From assembly GCF_000018105.1 (NCBI RefSeq), contig NC_009928.1, positions 60,001 to 92,000 on the forward strand: a DNA stretch of 32,000 nt, in the 5' to 3' direction. How positions within the stretch are numbered: the first letter of the stretch is position 1; every line of letters begins with the position of its first letter. The position numbers and the translations under genes were made by a program. Shown piece after piece: positions 15,949-24,437 of the stretch. Under the pieces are notes generated by a model, which saw nothing but the letters and a program-made list of their open reading frames with translations, did not search any database and was not told the DNA's origin. This stretch comes from Acaryochloris marina MBIC11017. Its GTDB lineage: Bacteria; Cyanobacteriota; Cyanobacteriia; Thermosynechococcales; Thermosynechococcaceae.

Positions 15949-17679
15949 GTGCCAGCTCCTATTAAACCTCAACAGGTTCATCTTTATATGCAGACAAAAC
16001 AATCCGGCTCTTCTCAAGAAACAGCAGCTGCTAAAGCTGGCATTTCTACCCGCACAGCCCACCGCATTGATAGTGGTACTCATCGTCCCCAACGCGGCCG
16101 CCCTCATGACTGGAAAACCCGTGAAGATCCGCTGGATGGATTATGGGAATTAGAACTTGAGCCGATGTTAGAGCGTGAGCCTCGATTAGAAGCGACTACT
16201 CTATTTGAGACCTTACAAGAGAACCATCCTGGGCAATATGATGACAAGATCAGAACCGTGCAACGCCGAACCGCTAAATGGAAGGCAGCTCATGGCAAGC
16301 CCAAAGAAGTGATGTTCAAAATTCAACATCATCCTGGGGAGATGGGACAGTCAGACTTCGCTCAGCTCAAAGGTTTCAGTGTGACGGTTCAGGGTGAAGC
16401 CTTTCACCATATCTTGTATCACTATCGACTGAGCTATAGCGGCTGGCAGTACGTGCAGGTGATTCAAGGCGGAGAAAGTTTTATCGGCTTATCCCAAGGG
16501 CTACAAAATGCTCTAACCGCCTGTGGTGGCGTGCCCAAGATTCATCGTACCGATAGTCTGAGTGCGGCTTATCGCAATACTGGCGGCCGCAATCCCCAGC
16601 TGACCCAGTTGTATTCGACTCTGTGTGACCATTACCGGATGCAGCCAACACGCAACAATCTGGGTGTCTCTCATGAGAATGGCGGAATAGAGGGGTCTCA
16701 TGGCTATTTCAAACGACGCCTGTGCCAAGCCCTGTATCGTCGAGGCAGCTTTGACTTTGACTCGGTAGCTGAGTATCAGCAGTTCATCGAGCAAGTCATC
16801 GCCAAGCTGAATGCCAAGTGCCAAAAAAAGTTTGCACTGGAGCTGCCCACCTTACAGCCCTTGCCCAGATACCGAACTCCTGATTATGAAGTGCGCAGTG
16901 CCAAAGTCAGCTGCAATAGCACGATTGCCGTCCGCTGTGTCCTTTACACAGTCCCCTCTCGCTTAATTGGCCACCGCTTGAAATTACACCTATACCATGA
17001 CCGCCTTGTCGGTTTCTTAGGCACCACTCCCGTAGTGGAATTGGCGCGGGTCCATGTCCATGGCTCTGAGAAGAAAAGACGCGCTCGCAGCATCGATTAC
17101 AAGCATGTGGCAGAAAGTCTCAGGAGAAAGCCAAACGCGTTTCTCTACTGCCAATGGCAATCAGAGCTACTGCCCAATCTTCAGTGGCATCAGCTGTGGG
17201 AATCACTCAAAGCTAATTTTGAGCAGGACCAGGCCGCACGATTAATCACCGAAGCCCTCTATATCGCTGCAACTCAAGATCAAGAATCTCAGGTGGCTGA
17301 CTACCTACAAACTCAACTGGAACAGTCCACCCTGACCTTGAGCAGATTAAAACAAGCCTTTGAATTCAAGCTCTCGACTGAGCAATATCCTGACGTCACC
17401 TCACAACAGCACGATTTATCTGACTATGATCAACTCCTCCACAGCAGACCCGGACAACCCATACCAGTTGCTGATGACAACCCTAAAACAGTTGCGGTTG
17501 AGGCATTTCCTCGACGAGTGGCAGAGCATCGAGCATCAAGCGACTCAGGAGAATTGGTCCTACGCCCAGTTTCTGTTGGCTTTAGCTCAAGGCGAAGCCA
17601 GCCGTCGGGAGCAGAATCGGATTTCACGCGCTCTAACCGAAGCGCAGCTGCCTTACGGAAAGTCCTGGACCAATTTTGA
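15949..17679 (+). CDS. istA: IS21-family transposase IstA
   Basis: 576 aa with a GTG start, collinear with the 8976..10712 product. The last ~84 codons overlap istB. Confidence 0.85.
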   Translation: MPAPIKPQQVHLYMQTKQSGSSQETAAAKAGISTRTAHRIDSGTHRPQRGRPHDWKTREDPLDGLWELELEPMLEREPRLEATTLFETLQENHPGQYDDKIRTVQRRTAKWKAAHGKPKEVMFKIQHHPGEMGQSDFAQLKGFSVTVQGEAFHHILYHYRLSYSGWQYVQVIQGGESFIGLSQGLQNALTACGGVPKIHRTDSLSAAYRNTGGRNPQLTQLYSTLCDHYRMQPTRNNLGVSHENGGIEGSHGYFKRRLCQALYRRGSFDFDSVAEYQQFIEQVIAKLNAKCQKKFALELPTLQPLPRYRTPDYEVRSAKVSCNSTIAVRCVLYTVPSRLIGHRLKLHLYHDRLVGFLGTTPVVELARVHVHGSEKKRRARSIDYKHVAESLRRKPNAFLYCQWQSELLPNLQWHQLWESLKANFEQDQAARLITEALYIAATQDQESQVADYLQTQLEQSTLTLSRLKQAFEFKLSTEQYPDVTSQQHDLSDYDQLLHSRPGQPIPVADDNPKTVAVEAFPRRVAEHRASSDSGELVLRPVSVGFSSRRSQPSGAESDFTRSNRSAAALRKVLDQF

Positions 17680-18223
17680 GTTTGCCCATGTTCCCACCCT
17701 TAATCCAGCTGCTCTCATGGAGTTTGCCCAAACGACTCACTGGCTAGAGTCCGGTAGCAACATTCTAATTTTTGGGCCGAGCGGAACAGGGAAAACACAC
17801 GTCAGCTCTGCATTAGGAGCTTCTATTATTGAGTTGGGTAAGCGAGTAAAATTTGTCACAGCCACAACCCTGGTGCAACAACTACAGCTGGCCAAACTTC
17901 AATTGGAATTGCAGAGTCTCTTGTCCAAACTTGACCGCTATGATCTGCTTATCATTGATGATCTCGGTTATGTCCAAAAGTCCGATGTTGAAACCTCGGT
18001 ACTGTTTGAGTTGATTGCTCACCGGTATGAGCGAAAGAGCCTACTCATCACGGCTAATCAACCTTTCAGTCAATGGGACAGCATCTTTCCTAACTCAATG
18101 ATGACCGTGGCTGCCATTGATCGCTTAATTCACCACGCCACCATTTTCGAGATGCAAGCAGAAAGCTTCCGCAAACAAGAAGCGGCCAAACACACAGCCA
18201 AGTCTCAAAAGACTGACAGCTGA
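17426..18223 (+). CDS. istB: IS21-family helper ATPase IstB
   Basis: GPSGTGKTH, LLIIDDLGY, LFELIAHRYERKSLLITANQPFSQW. Start set at ATG 17426 (MINSSTADP). Confidence 0.85.
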   Translation: MINSSTADPDNPYQLLMTTLKQLRLRHFLDEWQSIEHQATQENWSYAQFLLALAQGEASRREQNRISRALTEAQLPYGKSWTNFEFAHVPTLNPAALMEFAQTTHWLESGSNILIFGPSGTGKTHVSSALGASIIELGKRVKFVTATTLVQQLQLAKLQLELQSLLSKLDRYDLLIIDDLGYVQKSDVETSVLFELIAHRYERKSLLITANQPFSQWDSIFPNSMMTVAAIDRLIHHATIFEMQAESFRKQEAAKHTAKSQKTDS

Positions 18224-18251
18224 TCTCTAGTCAGAATAAAACCTCTGTACC

Positions 18252-18299
18252 CCACTATTAATAGAGTTGCTTACTTATAAGCAACTCTATTAATAGTGG
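18252..18299. repeat. Perfect 22-bp-stem palindrome inside IS21 copy 2
   Basis: CCACTATTAATAGAGTTGCTTA-CTTA-TAAGCAACTCTATTAATAGTGG lies 29 nt after the istB stop. No counterpart exists at the equivalent place in copy 1. Confidence 0.85.
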
Positions 18300-18541
18300 C
18301 TTTATTGATAATTGTCATTTTGTCCATGGCGCGATCACCTGAGGTAAAAACCATGATTTTCGATGGTCTCCGACCGCTCTTCGGGCATCTCAAGATGATA
18401 TTGCAAAGATCTAAATCGACTCACGAGCCGCTATTAAAAGTATGAAGTTAGAACCAAAAAGTTTGGCCTATCTAATTGACATTAAACACCCCTGAACTTG
18501 GACAGTAAAATCAGGAATGAGATAGAACCACACAACATGTA

Positions 18542-19414
18542 TCACATCTGAATATTCTCTTGTTCATACCTCCACTTTTCTTCAAATTCACTCGGTGTTA
18601 AATAGCTCAATGATGAATGAATTCTCTTCTTCATGTATACCTCTTCCAAGAACATTTCTATTCGTTCATTGACCTCTCTAAAATTTCGATATTCTGATAA
18701 GTCAACTTCCTCTTCTTTAATGGTTCTCATCAGTCGTTCTGCAAAACCATTTTCATAGGCTTTTCCTACTGCAGCCATACTGATTTTGACATCGTTATCC
18801 TCCAGCATTTTGACATAGTCATTTGCAGCATATTGGACACCTTGATCTGAATGATGAATCTCTGGGGTGTGGCCAAGCAAAGCTTTTTCCAGGGCTGTAA
18901 TCGTCAAGCTCTTTTCCATCGTCCAATCCAAATGCCAACCCCGAATTCCCCGCGTAAAGACATCCATCAATACCGCTAGGTACACAAACTCTTCTCGGAG
19001 TCGGATATAGGTGATATCGGCTACCCATACTTGGTTGGGACGCACCATCGTTAGGGCCTTCACTAGATTAGGATATCGTTTGTACCCATGAACACTATTG
19101 GTGGTTCGCTTCCGCTGGACCCGCTGTTTAGCAAGTAACCCCATTCCTCGCATCAAACGACTGACTCGCTTGTGATTGACGGTGTGGCCTTCACGACGTA
19201 ATTGCTGAGTAATACGCCGATAGCCATGGGTCGGATATCGACCTGCTACATCTGCAATCGCAGATTTAAGAATTACTTCTTTCCGATTTTCCTTCCCTGG
19301 ATTTTGATGGTAGTAATATCGACTTCTACTGTATCCAATCACATTACAAATCATCTGAATGGGATAGTGTTCTTTGAGTTGATTTACCATTTCATATTTT
19401 CGTTGAGATTCCAC
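18542..19414 (-). CDS. IS3-family transposase OrfB (DDE integrase domain)
   Basis: VWVADITYI, HSDQGVQYAANDY, YENGFAERLMRTIKEE. It sits in the -1 frame relative to OrfA. Confidence 0.85.
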   Translation of the reverse strand: MESQRKYEMVNQLKEHYPIQMICNVIGYSRSRYYYHQNPGKENRKEVILKSAIADVAGRYPTHGYRRITQQLRREGHTVNHKRVSRLMRGMGLLAKQRVQRKRTTNSVHGYKRYPNLVKALTMVRPNQVWVADITYIRLREEFVYLAVLMDVFTRGIRGWHLDWTMEKSLTITALEKALLGHTPEIHHSDQGVQYAANDYVKMLEDNDVKISMAAVGKAYENGFAERLMRTIKEEEVDLSEYRNFREVNERIEMFLEEVYMKKRIHSSLSYLTPSEFEEKWRYEQENIQM

Positions 19415-19689
19415 ATGTCGGAAGCCTTTTTTGCTACTTCTAGCTCCATCGTTAATCGACCAATCATCCGCTCCAATTCAGCAATTCGTTCTGATGCCTT
19501 ATCGTTGACTTCTTGGGTTCCAAAAGCACGATAAGCCTGTTTGAGAAATTCATTCCGCCAGCGGCTGAGCACGGACATATGAATTTTGTGGGCTCGACAG
19601 GTTTCAGTCGGTGTTCGCTGACCACTAACCACTTCCAGTACCACTTTTGCCTTGAATTCGTTGCTATAACTTCTTGGCTTTTTTGCCAT
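19384..19689 (-). CDS. IS3-family transposase OrfA (HTH)
   Basis: MAKKPRSYSNEFKAKVVLEVV... plus a leucine-zipper-like end. The slippery heptamer A AAA AAG (plus-strand 19426-19432) lies in the orfA/orfB overlap. Confidence 0.85.
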   Translation of the reverse strand: MAKKPRSYSNEFKAKVVLEVVSGQRTPTETCRAHKIHMSVLSRWRNEFLKQAYRAFGTQEVNDKASERIAELERMIGRLTMELEVAKKASDMWNLNENMKW

Positions 19690-19757
19690 GATCCCAATTC
19701 CTCCAGGACTTCAGCTTACTCTCTCTGCTGACTGTCCAAATTTTGGGGGTCACTACA

Positions 19758-20157
19758 GCCATCTCTATCGGGGTCAAATCCACCGCTCCTAACGGTAACG
19801 AAATGACATTAGGGATGAGACTCGTGATGCCCAGTTTGCGACTGACATCAATCACATTTTTAATGCCCACTTTTTGGCCCAGAACAATTGCAGGGACATT
19901 CCGGGATTGAGCCAATGCTGTACGAATGGACATCGATCCACGAAACGTACGGTCGTAATTTTGGAGTTTGTATCGCTCCAAACCCCCATCATTGAAGCTA
20001 ACGGGAGAGTCTTTAATACTGGAGTCAGGAGTATATTTACCCGTGGCAAATGCGGTATATATAGACAAACGGTTTAAACGCTGAGCCTGGTTGACGGTAG
20101 GCTTGGGTTGCCCGGTTAAACTCACTTTTCTCGCTATCAACACCCCCCACAATTGCT
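19758..20157 (-). pseudogene. Class A PBP, N-terminal part of the transpeptidase domain, with at least two frameshifts
   Basis: Three frames are needed. One gives ..[11 protein letters not shown] (stop at 20158). A second gives [36 protein letters not shown] third gives [21 protein letters not shown]...SIRTALAQSRNVPA...LTPIEMA. The SxxK active-site motif (20070-20084) is stranded in the middle frame. Confidence 0.75.
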
Positions 20158-21222
20158 TTAATGAAATGGGTACGGGTGATAGGCGACTAACGCCATCTGA
20201 TCAGCGGCGTGGGAATAGTATTGATGATTCCTGTGAATGGTCTGCTCCGCAATCTGCTGCATTTTCCAGTCCAGGGCGGTCTGTACTCGCAGGCCCCCTC
20301 TCACGAGAGCCTCCCGACCAAAGCGTTGGGTTAGCTCCTGAACAACGGTATTGGTGACATCTGGGGCTTGACTGCGCTGAAAGGAGGTAATCTCTCCTAG
20401 GGCAATTTCTTCAGCTTGTGCCGCTTCTGCTTCATCTGGGGTAATCCACTTCAACTCCAATAGCCGATTCAGAACAATGTTCTGTCGTTCTTTAGCAACC
20501 TCAAAATCCACGAAAGGGCTGTAGCTTTCTGGGGCTTGAATAATACCCGCCATCATCGCGGATTCACCGAGGGTGAGTTGCTCAGCAGATTTTTTGAAGT
20601 AACTGCGGGCTGCTGTTTCTACTCCATAGGTGTTATGGCCCCAATACACCTGATTTAGGTATAGCTCCAAGAGTTCATCTTTACTGAGGAGCTGCTCGAT
20701 TCTCAAGGCGAGAACCGCCTCAGCAAGTTTCCGACTCAAGGTTCTATCTGGGGTTAGATAGAGATTCTTCACGAGTTGCATACTCAGGGTTGAAGCTCCC
20801 TGTACCGTTTGACCCGCTTGGTAATTCGTTAATGCGGCTCTCAAGATACCGAGGGGATTAATCCCGTCATGATGGTAGAAGTTGCTGTCTTCGATGGCTA
20901 GAACAGAGAGTTTGAGGTGAGGAGAGATTTTATCTAAAGGCACGACCTGGCGATTTTCTTCCTCATGCAGTCCCGTCAGTAGCTTCCCATTGATGTCATA
21001 GATGTAAGTGGTTTCGTTGGGAGCATAGGCCGCTAACGACCGCACATCCGGCAGATCGCGGTAGCTAATGGCCATTCCCATGAGCGCCCCAGCGACACTA
21101 GCACTCCCCAGGAGGGTCAGTGTCATCATCATTGTCCAGGTAACTCGGCCTATCCCCAGTAAAAAGGCAGAGGCAGTGGATTGAGTGTGAAGGTCAGAAT
21201 GAGTGGCAGCACTAGAAGTCAT
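20158..21222 (-). pseudogene. Class A PBP, N-terminal TM anchor and GT51 glycosyltransferase domain
   Basis: LAIEDSNFYHHDGINPLGILRA, GASTLSMQLVKNLYL, RKLAEAVLALRIEQLLSKDELLELYLNQVYWG. Probable start ATG at 21222. The frame is terminated at 20158 by a frameshift. Confidence 0.8.
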
Positions 21223-21466
21223 GACGATAGGAAGAGGATGACCTTCACACACCCAAGGGGGTATGAGGCCACTATAAGGAAGTGACTAAAAAGCTTTCTA
21301 TATCTGGAGACTACCCATTTTTATGAGAAGGTTTTCCTCAGTAATTCGCACTGCAAAATAACTCAACAAAATGTGGATTCAATGTGGTACTTAGCAATCC
21401 AGGACTTTTGAGGGTATATAAGTTGTGATTCTAATAAATTGCAAAACTGCTGCAATTCATCAGCCT

Positions 21467-21475
21467 TGGTATAAT
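21467..21475 (+). promoter_or_regulatory. Extended -10 promoter consensus TGgTATAAT
   Basis: TGGTATAAT at 21467-21475, 41 nt upstream of the ATG of the gene remnant at 21516. There is no good -35 element. Confidence 0.3.
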
Positions 21476-21515
21476 CCTAATTATCGCCCTTGGTCCCATA
21501 CCCATGCCCATACCT

Positions 21516-21732
21516 ATGGTCACTCCCCTGACGGCCCAAGTCCGTCCCTTCTGCTCCCAAGCTCCTAGACGAGACGGTATTCCCCAAGAAAGCACCGGAG
21601 GGTACTCAGCCACCCAAGCGGGAATCTGTTCATGAGGAACTTGGAGGAATACGCCGGAGTTCTAGGCGAACTTCCCGGTCAGCTAGACCAAAGCAAGTAC
21701 TTCAGTCAGCGTCCCCAGAAACCCTCTAGGTC
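21516..21732 (+). pseudogene. 5' remnant of a paralog of the 7480..8097 gene
   Basis: About 75 percent nt identity to 7540-7745. It translates as KSVPSAPKLLDETVFPKKAPEGTQPPKRESVHEELGGIRRSSRRTSRSARPKQVLQSASPETL*, against KSVPSSLKLVSRTAFPKETPEGTRPPKREQGYGELGGIRRSSRRASQTTRLKKVPHSTSSETLQ. There is a frameshift after the ATG, CAG has become TAG at 21726-28, and the C-terminal domain is absent. Confidence 0.55.
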
Positions 21733-21824
21733 AGCAGAAATCACAGGTTCCTTTACCAGTGCTTGCGAGGTGACGACATGATCAGCAAAGAAGTCCTTTC
21801 CGCCCCACAAATCGGCCCAAAAAT

Positions 21825-22574
21825 TCATAAGTCTTCAGGCTTACGCTGAACAAAAGTCCCGATACCTCGCTGAATCGGTAACGTATCCAAAACATCCAAC
21901 TGGGCACAATAGGCCACATCCGCCTGTCCTCGCATTTTCAACAGCCGCTGACCATGACTGGCACTCATCAACAACTCCGGCAACTGGTCTTGCCACTGCC
22001 GAAATAACGCAACTGCAGCAATAGCCTCGTCATTCCCCGTTAGTTCGGCCAAAGGTGTTTTCTCAGCTATTAAAATGCCATCAATAACTGCACCAGCACA
22101 AACCGTATCTTCTAAGGAGTAACTACCTTGCCAGCCGGAGCCCACCAGCCAAACCGTCCCCGGTCGCTTGGTGGCGAGATAGTTGACAACGGCCTGACGG
22201 TTGGTCAGAGAGGCCATAATCACATTAGACGCATTGCAGACACTTTCAGAACATCGTGTTCCATTCGTTGTACTTAAAAATAGTTGACGTCCTTCCGTAT
22301 TTTCAGGGGTAAACGCCAAAGGAGAGTTTCCAAATTCACAGGCTTCGACTTTTTGGCCGCCTCGTTCGCCAGCCCGAATCCGTTTGTCTTCTTCTATCCC
22401 TTCACTGGCTTCTAATAAAGGTTCGATATCACGAAACACCCTGACTGCTTCTGCTCCTGCATCAATCGCTGCGGCAATGGTACTGCTAGCTCTGAGCACA
22501 TCAATTACGGCGGCACAGCCGGGGAGACAATCGCTGGGAACCTCTTCGGGGGTATGGTAAACGAATAATTTCAC
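21825..22574 (-). CDS. comB: 2-phosphosulfolactate phosphatase (ComB) family protein
   Basis: AAVIDVLRASSTI, GERGGQKVEACEFGNSPL. 249 aa with a GTG start. Confidence 0.8.
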   Translation of the reverse strand: MKLFVYHTPEEVPSDCLPGCAAVIDVLRASSTIAAAIDAGAEAVRVFRDIEPLLEASEGIEEDKRIRAGERGGQKVEACEFGNSPLAFTPENTEGRQLFLSTTNGTRCSESVCNASNVIMASLTNRQAVVNYLATKRPGTVWLVGSGWQGSYSLEDTVCAGAVIDGILIAEKTPLAELTGNDEAIAAVALFRQWQDQLPELLMSASHGQRLLKMRGQADVAYCAQLDVLDTLPIQRGIGTFVQRKPEDL

Positions 22575-22751
22575 GGGATAAATATGGCCAATATCTTTAT
22601 TTTCTATCGAGTTTTATTTTATGAGGCTAAGTCGCTACTGCAGTAGTGACTTATAGATTCTTGCTAGCTATCTTAAGAATCTTGTCTCTCAAGCGTTTTA
22701 AGCATTATTGCTTAGGTATAAATGCTACTCTGATTTGGAGCGGATCCAAAG

Positions 22752-23498
22752 ATGCCTGCATTTATGAGTACTCTGAACAATCATCAGCAATCAATTTTGG
22801 TAGCTGATGACGAAGTACCTATTCGTCGGATTTTAGGTACACGCCTATCCAAAATAGGTTACCAAGTCTACACCGCTGCTGATGGAGTGGAAGCACTCGA
22901 TGTCTTCTATGATCAATGTCCCGACCTGATTATCTTAGATGTAATGATGCCCAAGCTCGATGGTTATGGGGTCTGTCAAGCAGTTCGCAAGACATCGAGA
23001 GTTCCGATTATTATGCTGACTGCATTGTCGGAAGTCAAAGATCGCATTACTGGCCTGGAAATGGGTGCTGATGATTATATGGTCAAGCCCTTTTCACCGA
23101 AGGAATTAGAATCCCGTGTGCGATGTATCCTAAGACGATTGAGTCCTCTTAAAGCTTTCAATCATCAAATGACGGGTGTGATTGAAATCGGTTCAGTACA
23201 AATTGACACCGACAAGCGGCAGGTTTTCCGAGACCATGAGCGAGTCTTCCTGACTTATAAAGAGTTCAACCTCCTAGCATTATTGGCGAGTCGTCCTGGA
23301 GAAACCGTTTCTCGTCAAGAGCTGTTACAGAAGGTATGGGAGTATAACAAAGATTCCATCGTTGATACGCGAACTGTCGATGTTCACATGTCTCGTCTGC
23401 GTCAAAAACTCAAGGAGAAACTAGGAGAAACTATTCTGATTCATACGGTTCGTGGAGTGGGTTTTACATTGAAACATGGTGAGAGCGGGCCACTATAG
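22752..23498 (+). CDS. OmpR-family response regulator, RpaB/Ycf27-like paralog
   Basis: ILVADDEVPIRRILGTRLSKIGYQVYTAADG..PDLIILDVMMPKLDGYGVCQAVRK.SRVPIIMLTAL...DRITGLEMGADDYMVKPFSPKELE closely follows the RpaB receiver sequence. The C-terminal winged helix is more diverged. Confidence 0.9.
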   Translation: MPAFMSTLNNHQQSILVADDEVPIRRILGTRLSKIGYQVYTAADGVEALDVFYDQCPDLIILDVMMPKLDGYGVCQAVRKTSRVPIIMLTALSEVKDRITGLEMGADDYMVKPFSPKELESRVRCILRRLSPLKAFNHQMTGVIEIGSVQIDTDKRQVFRDHERVFLTYKEFNLLALLASRPGETVSRQELLQKVWEYNKDSIVDTRTVDVHMSRLRQKLKEKLGETILIHTVRGVGFTLKHGESGPL

Positions 23499-23561
23499 AG
23501 AATTTCATCAAGTAGTAGACCATTAAAGGTGAGTTAGTACCCCTAAGTTAGGAAGCTTTCT

Positions 23562-23924
23562 ATGCAAGCTAATGAATCCATATCAATAAATCTCTTTTTC
23601 CCTGCTTTTGTTGCAGCAATTCTCCTCATTATTTTCTTACTTAGCCGTTCAGTCCTGCAACAGCAAACGATTACGCAGGAGCTGGAGGAAAATCAAAGCA
23701 CAATTTCATCCATAACTGATCAGATTCAAACCTTGGCGGATGCACGAGAACGATGGGTTGAGACAATACAAAAAGCCCAGGAAAATCTAGTCCTAATGTT
23801 TTTGGAATTGGAAGAAACCAAAGAGAAGGTAGGGCTCTTGCCCTACGCTGAAGGAGATTTACCAAAATTATTAGAAGCGGCCAAAGAGCAACTTACAAAA
23901 CCTATCGAACACCAAAACAAATGA
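23562..23924 (+). CDS. Hypothetical membrane-anchored coiled-coil protein
   Basis: 120 aa with one N-terminal TM helix (LFFPAFVAAILLIIFLL) followed by a Gln/Glu-rich helical region. Supported only by the ORF and its position after the regulator. Confidence 0.4.
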   Translation: MQANESISINLFFPAFVAAILLIIFLLSRSVLQQQTITQELEENQSTISSITDQIQTLADARERWVETIQKAQENLVLMFLELEETKEKVGLLPYAEGDLPKLLEAAKEQLTKPIEHQNK

Positions 23925-24032
23925 TTAAGTTTGTATGGCGAATGGTCTATCGGTGAATTTTGAGTGATTTGGCAGCCTGTCGCATTAATGCTCAAAGTGA
24001 ATGGGCTTCCAGAGCAGTCTGATGGATGATAC

Positions 24033-24278
24033 CTACAAGTTGCCCAAAAACTTGAAACTAGGACATTGGAGTGCAATCATCTCTGCCATAGTTTTTGGGC
24101 CAAGGTGTGCAGCATCCATGACAACTTGGGGATCAGGCCATTGATGTTCTATATCGTTGATCTCACATCCATACGATGGCAAGGAAGTTCCATCCCAAAG
24201 AATTCCCCTAAGGTTGAGCTTTTGCAAGTGGATACAATTCTGGCAAGATTTTCTGAGTTGGCTTGGGGAGTCTGGCAT
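24033..24278 (-). CDS. 81-aa hypothetical protein, copy 2 of the duplicated module
   Basis: Paralog of 12416..12661. The conserved upstream leader continues to about 24375. Confidence 0.45.
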   Translation of the reverse strand: MPDSPSQLRKSCQNCIHLQKLNLRGILWDGTSLPSYGCEINDIEHQWPDPQVVMDAAHLGPKTMAEMIALQCPSFKFLGNL

Positions 24279-24437
24279 TTACAACTGCCTCAACATAACT
24301 AATGCTATTTATGAAAATACGTGGGCAAGAAAGTCCTTCTCTTTCCCACACATATCATAATAGTTAGAAAAACAGCTAGTGGCTTTTTAAAGTAGCTATC
24401 TAGAGGACAATTGACCTTTGCCTTCATTAAGCCTTAT

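Larger units (their letters stand above)
15772..18487 (+). mobile_element. IS21-family element, copy 2 (2716 bp), inserted in the IS3 right inverted repeat
   Basis: 8-bp target duplication ACCCCTGA at 15764-71 and 18488-95. Terminal repeats are GTTGAGTGACAATTACGTAGAC (15772-) and the reverse complement of 18466-18487, GTTTAATGTCAATTAGATAGGC (16/22). Further internal TG(A/T)CAATT repeats lie at 15800-15808 and 18309-18317. Confidence 0.8.
15756..19757 (-). mobile_element. IS3-family element (about 1278 bp of its own sequence), itself interrupted by an IS21-family element
   Basis: IRL (minus strand from 19757) is TGTAGTGACCCCCAAAATTTGGACAGT. The reconstructed IRR is 15756-15771 plus 18496 onward, TGAAGTGAACCCCTGAACTTGGACAGT (22/27 match, no gaps). 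The 3-bp target duplication is GCC at 15753-55 and 19758-60. OrfA/OrfB with an A_AAA_AAG slippery site. Confidence 0.8.

Noticed and set aside
18469-18500. Alternative IS3 right ends at TATCTAATTGAC.. or TGACATTAAAC.., the latter giving a 1281-bp element (18477-19757).
   Set aside because: They require 3-11 nt indels relative to the left repeat and give no target duplication. TTGACATTAAAC matches the IS21 terminal repeat family instead.
21431-21613. 60-aa minus-strand ORF between the PBP start and comB.
   Set aside because: It is antisense to the clearly homologous plus-strand remnant of the orf205 paralog and is a shadow ORF.
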